Shown in pieces: positions 20,919 to 27,419 of a DNA stretch of 40,000 bases. Source of the stretch: Neisseriaceae bacterium CLB_ANTARCTIC_008 (GTDB taxonomy: Bacteria; Pseudomonadota; Gammaproteobacteria; Burkholderiales; Neisseriaceae); the NCBI GenBank assembly GCA_041228285.1, contig CP166133.1, forward strand, positions 1,853,380 to 1,893,379, given 5' to 3'. Within the stretch, counting starts at the first letter, position 1; every line of letters begins with the position of its first letter. A program made the translations under genes and the position numbers. The notes under the pieces were generated by a model. That model worked only from the letters and a program-made list of their open reading frames with translations, ran no database searches and was not told the DNA's origin.

Positions 20919-21380
20919 TCATCTGCTATTCAAGTCAATTTTTATCTGTAAAAGCTGCTGTAAAAGCTCATCACAAGCAGCCATCACCAATACACTCTCA
21001 GTGCGCGTCACCGACTCGCCTCCGTTGCCATGCGGGTCTACGGCTTCAATCACTGCTTTTGATACACCACCCATGTAGGCAGATAACCGGTTAGCTGCTG
21101 CCATAAGGTTGTCCGTTGTGATTTCTCCATTAAACTTTGGGATATCAACCAGCATGAGGCCTTGGCGTGCAGCCATCTCGGTTAAAATTAAATGCTTTGA
21201 ATCACGATCCTGCAGGTCTTGGCTGTCTTCAATGTTCAGTTTGTGGCCATTTTGATTTAGCTTATTGTTTACAATCACAGGGCTTTTGCCCGTCATGTGT
21301 GCAAAGCCAGTAATGCCCCCGCGGACATTCAACGCAGCATCCTTATGTGCTCGGTAAAGACTTTCGTAGTCGTCACTCAT
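20919..21380 (-). CDS. CII-like regulatory protein (CP76-type)
   Basis: Sits after cro. …GGITGFAHMTGKSPVIVNNKLNQNGHKLNIEDSQDL…ILTEMAARQG resembles Phage_CP76 regulators as I recall them. Confidence 0.45.
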   Translation of the reverse strand: MSDDYESLYRAHKDAALNVRGGITGFAHMTGKSPVIVNNKLNQNGHKLNIEDSQDLQDRDSKHLILTEMAARQGLMLVDIPKFNGEITTDNLMAAANRLSAYMGGVSKAVIEAVDPHGNGGESVTRTESVLVMAACDELLQQLLQIKIDLNSR

Positions 21381-21437
21381 GACATTTCTCTTTCTTCAAA
21401 CGTGTTATTGCGTGGATGGGTTGTTAAGCTGTCGATG

Positions 21438-21668
21438 TTAGGCAGCAATCAGCTCAGGCCAATTTTCATGCCAATCATGAGGGCGCAACATTTTTCGGTT
21501 AATTAATCCGCTTGTTTCAGCCTCAATTCGTACACAAAGCTTTGTACCAAGTGGCCGCTTAGTTGATGCGGATTTTCGGAGGTAATTAATGCTCGTCTGA
21601 GTATTTCGCTCAAACTCCTCTCTCCCTGCCTGGCTTAAAGAATTCAAAAATTTTATTAACTCTTCCAT
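21438..21668 (-). CDS. Cro/YdaS-like HTH protein
   Basis: Divergent from the repressor; AGGAAA RBS before the ATG at 21668; …SINYLRKSASTKRPLGTKLCVRIEAETSGLINRKMLRP…. Confidence 0.65.
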   Translation of the reverse strand: MEELIKFLNSLSQAGREEFERNTQTSINYLRKSASTKRPLGTKLCVRIEAETSGLINRKMLRPHDWHENWPELIAA

Positions 21669-21794
21669 GGTAATTTTCCTATTACTAATTGGTAATATTA
21701 TTACCCAAAACAAAATCAAGATCAACACCTTTTGGTGTTTTACCTTTTTAGTAATTATTGAGAGAATAACGACTGCATCTTAAGAGGCTACTAA
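21669..21794. promoter_or_regulatory. immunity control region (OR-type operators, divergent promoters)
   Basis: Palindromes ATTACT-aatt-GGTAAT (21681-21696) and AACACC-tttt-GGTGTT (21724-21739); TTTACC-N5-AGTAAT (21739-21755). On the minus strand, TTGATC, ~16-17 nt, then TAATAA/TAATAT reads towards cro. Confidence 0.6.
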
Positions 21795-22490
21795 ATGACA
21801 ACGGCAGATATTCGCAGAGCGAATTTAAAAAAATGGATTGATGAAAAGCACAATGGCACACAGGCCAGCTTTGTTGCGCTAACTGGCATTAACCAGGGCG
21901 AGCTATCAGGGCTTCTAAATAAAAAGTCCTTCGGAGAGAAAAAAGCTAGATCCCTAGAAAAGATTGCGGGCATGCCTGAAATGTGGCTAGACACCCCAGT
22001 GATAACAAAGGAGTCTAACGTCAGCGATATCGGCCGCCCTCACCTATGGAGTAGCAACGACCCATTACCTGAAGAGGATTATGTCTTTTTGCCATTCTAC
22101 AAAGACATTGCCCTTTCTGCCGGCACGGGCTGCTTTTCTACGGATGACCACAACGGCTATAAGCTGCCATTTGCTAAATCAACACTAAGACGCCATAACG
22201 TTCAATACGACCAAGCTGTATGTGTAACCGTGAGCGGCAACTCAATGGAGCCAGTCCTACCAGACGGCACGACCGTTAGCGTGAACATGGCCGACAAACG
22301 CATCGTGGACGGCAAGATTTACGCTATTTGCCAAGGTGACATGCTTCGAGTGAAGCGCCTTTATGCTCTACCTGGTGGGAAAGTCCGCATTAGTAGCTAT
22401 AACGGTGATGAACACCCAGACGAAATCGAGCCTACTGGTGATGTCGAGATCATTGGCCGTGTATTTAATTGGTCAGTCATGGACGTGTAG
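21795..22490 (+). CDS. cI-like repressor (N-terminal HTH, C-terminal S24/LexA-type autopeptidase)
   Basis: AAGAGG RBS; Ala-Gly cleavage-site candidate in ALSAGTG; catalytic Ser in SGNSMEP and Lys in LRVKRL. Confidence 0.9.
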   Translation: MTTADIRRANLKKWIDEKHNGTQASFVALTGINQGELSGLLNKKSFGEKKARSLEKIAGMPEMWLDTPVITKESNVSDIGRPHLWSSNDPLPEEDYVFLPFYKDIALSAGTGCFSTDDHNGYKLPFAKSTLRRHNVQYDQAVCVTVSGNSMEPVLPDGTTVSVNMADKRIVDGKIYAICQGDMLRVKRLYALPGGKVRISSYNGDEHPDEIEPTGDVEIIGRVFNWSVMDV

Positions 22491-22558
22491 AACTCAAACG
22501 ATATGTAGGAGCTATACAGGGCCGACAATCCCAACTGAGCACTTTAAACAACAGAAAA

Positions 22559-22583
22559 CCCCTCTTTTGAGGGGTGTTTTTTT
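22559..22583 (+). terminator. intrinsic terminator after the repressor gene
   Basis: CCCCTC-tttt-GAGGGG followed by TGTTTTTTT. Confidence 0.75.
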
Positions 22584-22786
22584 GCTTTGGCCATTGTCAT
22601 CTATTCATATCACATATTGAATTATTATTATGATAGTATTGTTTCGGATTTTAGGTTACTCGTCACTCTACAAGGCAAAGAATGAATAATAAACTCAGGA
22701 GAGTGATGGTACTGTCTCAGGCTGGAGGTGTGCCTGAGGGTGTTCTTGGAGACTAACTTCTAACTATTTAAAATAGAGGCTGCAAG

Positions 22787-23278
22787 TTGAATATTAAAAC
22801 CATAACCGATCAAGATTTAGACGATCTTATTAAATGCCATAAAAGGGCAACTAAAAATGCCAGGGATATCCCTGATAAGCGGCATATAAAAAAAGACTTT
22901 TCTTTAGTCGCCAGCAAATACCCTGAGTATAAGTTCACTCTCTACATTAGGCATAGCCTTGAGATGGAGGATGATTATACTGTGGGCCTAAGGGTTAGCC
23001 TACCCAAAGAAAAAAATCCCTTAACTCTAGTAAGATTTAATGGTAGTAGCCATGGGCATAAAAATGTACTAGAGGATGAGTCATTTCCTTTTAATGAACA
23101 TATTCACAAAGCAACTGAGCGCTATATCAAAGCGAAGCTAAAAGCTGAGGGATACGCCCTAGTCACAGATCAATACACCACTGTTGAAGGAGCCTTGCTT
23201 CACGCCTGTGAAATATGCAATATTACAGGTATACTTGCTAATACAATATCAGCGGCCAATCAGGACTTGTTTAACTAA
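22787..23278 (+). CDS. hypothetical protein (163 aa), first gene of a two-gene cassette
   Basis: TTG start with AGAGG RBS 7 nt upstream; AT-rich; His-rich centre (RFNGSSHGHKNV…NEHIHKATE); stop 1 nt before the next ATG. Confidence 0.55.
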   Translation: MNIKTITDQDLDDLIKCHKRATKNARDIPDKRHIKKDFSLVASKYPEYKFTLYIRHSLEMEDDYTVGLRVSLPKEKNPLTLVRFNGSSHGHKNVLEDESFPFNEHIHKATERYIKAKLKAEGYALVTDQYTTVEGALLHACEICNITGILANTISAANQDLFN

Positions 23279-23279
23279 A

Positions 23280-24056
23280 ATGATTACAGCAGAACACATC
23301 GAAAGAATATTGTGCACCAGCTTTTGCACAGATATTCAAACCAGAGAACGAAAAGATGGATGGATACAAGTATCCACCCCTTTCGTTGGTCGCGATGGTG
23401 ATATCTACAACATTTTCTTAAAACAAAAAAATGGTATTGTTAGAGTATCTGACCGCGGTTCAACCATTATGCGGCTAAGTTATGAGACAGACTTAAAGAC
23501 TTTAACTGGTGCACGACAAGAAACTTTGATTCAAATTACGGATGAACAAGGTGTCTTATATGATGATGGTGAGATTTACACAGAAACGATTGCGAGCAAT
23601 ATAGGCAGTGCTGTTTTTAAACTTGGACAAGCACTAACAAGAGTGTCAGATATTGGCCTCTGGTCCGCAGGAAGAATTAAGTCAACATTTTACGAAGACT
23701 TAGAATGCACACTTGATGATATTCTAGACAAGCATAATATTCATAAGGATTATTGTATCCCAGACCAGGTTAATTCAAGCAACTATCCTATTGACTATTA
23801 CCTACAAGGGGAAAGTAGCAAACCATTGTATTTATTTGGTGTACCCGACTCATCAAAAGCAAGGCTAACAACAATTGTTTTAAAACAATTAGAAGTATGG
23901 AATCAAAATTTTGATTCTATCGTTGTCTTAAGCAAGATGGATGATATACCAAAATCTGATTTAGCTAGACTTATGGATGCTGCCAATGACATAGTCCCCT
24001 CAATAAGTGACACAGCTTCTATCCACAAGAAAATTAATCACCGACTATCTGCATAA
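23280..24056 (+). CDS. DUF1828/DUF1829-like protein (258 aa)
   Basis: The track ORF is trimmed to the ATG at 23280, which is translationally coupled to the upstream gene. N-terminus …GWIQVSTPFVGRDGDIYNIFLKQKNGIVRVSDRGSTIMRLSY… resembles DUF1828. The C-terminal half is DUF1829-like (from memory, unverified). Confidence 0.55.
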   Translation: MITAEHIERILCTSFCTDIQTRERKDGWIQVSTPFVGRDGDIYNIFLKQKNGIVRVSDRGSTIMRLSYETDLKTLTGARQETLIQITDEQGVLYDDGEIYTETIASNIGSAVFKLGQALTRVSDIGLWSAGRIKSTFYEDLECTLDDILDKHNIHKDYCIPDQVNSSNYPIDYYLQGESSKPLYLFGVPDSSKARLTTIVLKQLEVWNQNFDSIVVLSKMDDIPKSDLARLMDAANDIVPSISDTASIHKKINHRLSA

Positions 24057-24058
24057 AT

Positions 24059-24084
24059 CCCCCTCACTCGAGGGGGATTTTTTT
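24059..24084 (+). terminator. intrinsic terminator after the cassette
   Basis: CCCCCTC-actc-GAGGGGG followed by A-T7. Confidence 0.8.
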
Positions 24085-24252
24085 GCCCACAGAAAAGCCC
24101 CAGGAGTGTGTGAGTCCTGAGGCTGCTGGGTCTCTCTCTAAGCTAGTTGCTAATTGCGGCTTAACCTAGATGTAAAATTATACCTATCAAATATCATATG
24201 TAAATAAGCCATTTATACTAGGGCCATGACACAACGACTCAAAAGCCTACTA

Positions 24253-24302
24253 AATGAAATACCCCAACAACTAAGGTCACAAAGTTATTGGGGTAAGTGG
24301 GC
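24253..24302 (+). repeat. hairpin-family copy 1 (AATGAAATACCCCA…TGGGGTAAGTGGGC)
   Basis: Stem CCCCAACAAC/GTTATTGGGG (one mismatch), 12-nt loop, conserved flanks. Confidence 0.5.
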
Positions 24303-24550
24303 CGCTAGGCATTATGGCAATGAAACAGCCCATAGTTACTATACTCTTTCCCTTGAAATGAATAACTACTCATGAAGTATTAAATCTTTTGTATAACCCA
24401 AAAAAAGACCCAAACACCAATCAGGGTGCCTGGGCATCAAGGAAATATAATGAATAAACATAGGACTGCAAAAACACGGTCAAGTTTCAAGAAGTAATCA
24501 TTTTTTATAAGTCACCTCCCTGCTCAGCCTCTATGTAATTTTCTCAAGTC

Positions 24551-24595
24551 AATAAAATACCCCAGCGTTAGCGAGACACGCTGGGGTAAGTGGGC
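24551..24595 (+). repeat. hairpin-family copy 2 (AATAAAATACCCCA…TGGGGTAAGTGGGC)
   Basis: Stem CCCCAGCG/CGCTGGGG (perfect), 11-nt loop. Flanks match copy 1 at 13/14 (5') and 14/14 (3'). Confidence 0.5.
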
Positions 24596-24797
24596 TCTCT
24601 CTGAGTCATACTTTAAAACTCAACCCAATATTAGCTTATCATTCCAAAAGCATTAAAATCAACAAAATTTAAAATAACCAATTGATATATTTAGATATGT
24701 ATCTTTTATGTCGTAAATATATTTACAACATCTATGCATAAATTCAGTACGGAACCTCTTATAAAGATCGTATGCATGAATTAATTAAATCACTTAA

Positions 24798-24821
24798 GAC
24801 CACTGAGAGGTGGCCTTTTTT
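24798..24821 (+). terminator. intrinsic terminator in a non-coding region
   Basis: GACCAC-tgagag-GTGGCC (one A:C mismatch) followed by T6. Confidence 0.5.
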
Positions 24822-24914
24822 CTATATGTTGTAAAAATATCACCTAAAAATTACCATTTATATATCTTTTTAAATCAAATAATTACCAAATAAATTACTT
24901 TCACCTCCATTTAA

Positions 24915-24957
24915 ATTACCTTTTGGTATTGATAAATCAATTACCGTTTAGTAATAT
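24915..24957 (+). promoter_or_regulatory. pL-type promoter with two repressor operators
   Basis: ATTACC-tttt-GGTATT (24915-24930) and ATTACC-gttt-AGTAAT (24940-24955) share the half-site/N4 architecture of the cI/cro operators. They overlap -35 TTGATA (24929-24934) and -10 TAATAT (24952-24957), which are 17 bp apart. Confidence 0.55.
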
Positions 24958-25284
24958 AACCCCATCGAATCAGCGCAGCACTGGCAGGACAGACTGGTTC
25001 ATCGGTCTTTAACAGTTACATACGCAATAGCCAGCCTTCCACTTGAAAGCATCCAAGTGAGTACATACAAAGGTAATACTTTGGGGTAAGTCGAACAAAT
25101 GGCTATGAACACGTATTCAACGTGGCGACAGTGGACGTACTCAAATACAGGGGACGGAGACACGGCAAAGATGAATAGCAGCCAAGGCGAAACTTGGACG
25201 GTGCCAGTGCCGCGACTGGATCGGCTTATGCGAAAACGAACCTACAAATGGTCGATTTGGCTAGATATAAAAGCAGTAGCATAT

Positions 25285-25382
25285 GGGACTGTAGCTCAGA
25301 TGGTAGAGGGGCTTATGAGGGTTTGCCAGGGGTGGCTTTTCCCTCTCTTGCACGGTCGCAGGTTCGAGTCCTGCCAGTCCCT
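25285..25382 (+). ncRNA. tRNA-like element with a non-canonical central domain (not a callable tRNA)
   Basis: Acceptor GGGACTG (25285-91) pairs with CAGTCCC (25375-81). D-arm GCTC-AGATGGTA-GAG(G). T-arm GCAGG-TTCGAGT-CCTGC (25358-74). The 48 nt between them form GAGGG/CCCTC plus GCCA-GGGG-TGGC instead of an anticodon arm. Confidence 0.5.
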
Positions 25383-25400
25383 ACCAAGACTTTAAATTGA

Positions 25401-25428
25401 AGCACTCAGAACAGAGTGCTTTTGTGTG
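25401..25428 (+). terminator. intrinsic terminator after the tRNA-like element
   Basis: AGCACTC-agaaca-GAGTGCT followed by TTTGTGTG. Confidence 0.7.
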
Positions 25429-25433
25429 AGGTT

Positions 25434-25949
25434 TTATTTATAGGCGCTTCCATGAGCCATATAGTGGTCCTTCACTATTTGGTGAAAGCAATTATGCAAC
25501 TCATAGTAATCGCTTTGTTTAATTTGAAATATAACTTTTCTTTTTGAGAGAGTAAGAGTAACCATATCAGTGTTATCAAATTTTATCGGCTCAAAATTCT
25601 CATACAGATAGAGCATTACTACGTTCACCTCATCCTCAGACAGGTCAAGAAAAACTTTCTTCGCCTGAGCTTCTGCTGACTTGATGCGCTTTTTTTCGAT
25701 GCGGGAAGATAGTGATTTCCCTAACCAACTAAAAGCAAGAACGGTTAAGTCAACCAACGCATAAGATATAGCGAAGGTTAGGGCCAGCGTAGTTAATGAC
25801 CCTGACCCAAACGGAAGGCTTCGTGGCACCAGATCGAGCCATGACTCTGGAGCAAGAAGGTAGAGAACTAGAGTTAATAAAATCGTGTACATCATTTTCC
25901 CCAAGGGGACTTTATTAAAAATAATTTCAATTAGCCTAATAAAATCCAT
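25434..25949 (-). CDS. membrane protein, SieB-like (superinfection exclusion candidate)
   Basis: Two N-terminal TM helices, then a soluble domain; ~170 aa, AT-rich, opposite in orientation to the surrounding operon. Size, topology and location are as for lambdoid SieB. Sequence assignment unverified. Confidence 0.45.
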   Translation of the reverse strand: MDFIRLIEIIFNKVPLGKMMYTILLTLVLYLLAPESWLDLVPRSLPFGSGSLTTLALTFAISYALVDLTVLAFSWLGKSLSSRIEKKRIKSAEAQAKKVFLDLSEDEVNVVMLYLYENFEPIKFDNTDMVTLTLSKRKVIFQIKQSDYYELHNCFHQIVKDHYMAHGSAYK

Positions 25950-26076
25950 AGTTGCAATTTCTCTAGTTGTGTGGGGATGGCTAATTATGCCTTAAATTTC
26001 GTTGTGTGGGGACATGACGAAAAACTATCGGACTCAGAGCCGACAAGTCCAGTAAAAGGCTGGCATCAATGATTAA

Positions 26077-26100
26077 AGCCCATTACGGTGGGCTTTTGTG
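26077..26100 (+). terminator. intrinsic terminator
   Basis: AGCCCA-ttacgg-TGGGCT followed by TTTGTGTGA; the tail is identical to that of the 25401 terminator. Confidence 0.6.
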
Positions 26101-26154
26101 TGAAGTTTTCAACGAAAGTAATCTAAGACAAATCACCCAAAAGGAGCAGCATCC

Positions 26155-26406
26155 ATGAGCACTAAGAAATCACCCCTCACTTTAAAGCTAACCGGCGCCG
26201 AAATTAAAAACCTACGTCGCAGACTTGGCCTTAACCAAGCAGCCTTCTGGTCACCTGTTGGCGTAACCCAGTCAGGTGGCAGCCGCTACGAATCAGGGCG
26301 AAACATCCCTACCCCAACAGCCATGATGATTCATCTTGTTTACTTGGCTAAAACCCCTGCTGACGACCTTCAGTCACACAAGAAGGTCTGGGCATTGGCA
26401 AAGTAG
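26155..26406 (+). CDS. small XRE/YiaG-like HTH protein (83 aa)
   Basis: AAGGAG RBS; IKNLRRRLGLNQAAFWSPVGVTQSGGSRYESGRNIPTPTAMMIHLV. Confidence 0.7.
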   Translation: MSTKKSPLTLKLTGAEIKNLRRRLGLNQAAFWSPVGVTQSGGSRYESGRNIPTPTAMMIHLVYLAKTPADDLQSHKKVWALAK

Positions 26407-26555
26407 TGAAAATTGACTGGCCATCATCTGGTGGCCTCACGCATGGGCATTCAATCTTTTAATGGAATATCTATTAAGTCCGTTGCGTAATCGAATGAGT
26501 GCCCAGCCGTGAGTTTTAGACTTTTTAGAATAAACACCAGTACTCGCAAATTATT

Positions 26556-26804
26556 TTATGGAGTAGATAAGTACTGAATGACGGCATCGGCATCCAAAAA
26601 GGAAACATCGATTATTTGGCAATAGTTTTTAGATTCAATATGAGCGCCGACCAACTCTTTCACAGCGGAAGCTGAATAATTAGTATCTATATGCCATATA
26701 GACCCTTGCACCTTTTGGATGGCACCTAGACCGCCAATGGCCCTCTCTAAGGAGGGCAAGCATTTGATGGCACATGGATAGCACGCTATAACGAAGCTAT
26801 ACAT
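26556..26804 (-). CDS. hypothetical protein (82 aa)
   Basis: ORF only; opposite orientation; AT-rich surroundings. Confidence 0.35.
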   Translation of the reverse strand: MYSFVIACYPCAIKCLPSLERAIGGLGAIQKVQGSIWHIDTNYSASAVKELVGAHIESKNYCQIIDVSFLDADAVIQYLSTP

Positions 26805-27122
26805 CTAGACACCTTCTAGTGGTATGTGGTTTGAAGTTTTTATTGTTCTAAATGATTATATTAAAATCATTAAAACTGAGTACTTCTTTTAGTCATTAAG
26901 TATAATCATATTATATATATCATTTATAAACAAATATATATAACCATTAGATCGATCAAGAAATTAAACCATTCCAAAGTAGTTTTTATACCCAAACCGA
27001 TTTGACATTTGTACAACAAGCTCACAAAAAACTATATTAAATATTTGATTTTTAATGAACTTGTTATAATTTAGAGTAAACTGACTTTGCGCATTACGCA
27101 CTTTATGCGCAGTAGTGCTTCT

Positions 27123-27160
27123 GGCCATCCAAGCTAATCCAACTTGGGTGGCCTTTTTTT
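27123..27160 (+). terminator. strong intrinsic terminator with no upstream plus-strand ORF
   Basis: 11-bp stem GGCCATCCAAG/CTTGGGTGGCC (one G:T pair), 9-nt loop, T7. Confidence 0.75.
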
Positions 27161-27173
27161 ATGGGTGAACGAT

Positions 27174-27419
27174 ATGACTAAACGAATCTTCTACTGGCTC
27201 GGCCCTCTTCTCCTGTTCTTTGTATGGGGCTTCATAGACCACGCAGTGCCAGCCACGCCACCGCCAATACCAACGCAAAGCCCAGTCGGTGAAATCCTCA
27301 CAGCGGTCGATACAGAGCTGAACTATCGAAGCCTGTACCGCAATGTGACTGTCGATCAGCTGATGATGGGAAATATCTGTATTGAAATTAATGATAACGA
27401 ATGCGAGGTGTACCGATGA
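27174..27419 (+). CDS. small membrane/secreted protein (81 aa)
   Basis: ATG at 27174; N-terminal hydrophobic segment IFYWLGPLLLFFVWGFI; stop overlaps the next ATG (ATGA). Confidence 0.5.
   Translation: MTKRIFYWLGPLLLFFVWGFIDHAVPATPPPIPTQSPVGEILTAVDTELNYRSLYRNVTVDQLMMGNICIEINDNECEVYR

Noticed and set aside
24226-24375. 49-codon ORF (MTQRLKSLLNEIPQQLRSQSYWGKW…) containing hairpin-family copy 1
   Set aside because: It has a weak RBS. The second copy of the motif is interrupted by stop codons in the equivalent frame, so the conservation is at the nucleotide or structure level, not the protein level.
25099-25285. Possibility that the RNA upstream of the tRNA-like module is a tmRNA (tag ORF plus tRNA-like end)
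   Set aside because: The acceptor 5' strand is only ~90 nt from the 3' end rather than at the 5' end of a ~350-nt RNA. No short alanine-initiated tag frame ending in a hydrophobic …LAA/VAA stop could be found.
25285-25386. Calling this a bona fide tRNA gene
   Set aside because: In every register tried I could not draw an anticodon stem-loop with a 7-nt loop and U33. The D-to-T spacing is ~25 nt too long for class I and does not fit a class II variable arm or a tRNA-Sec fold. It is reported as tRNA-like instead.
25099-25400. Two plus-strand ORFs (98 aa and 68 aa) just downstream of the pL-type promoter. The 98-aa one sits where N would be and has an Arg-rich patch (RLDRLMRKRTYKW).
   Set aside because: They overlap each other in different frames and run straight through the tRNA-like element. 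They are Trp-rich and lack a well-spaced Shine-Dalgarno sequence, and the same DNA is packed with stable hairpins. I treat the region as non-coding RNA. The 98-aa ORF cannot be fully excluded without conservation data.
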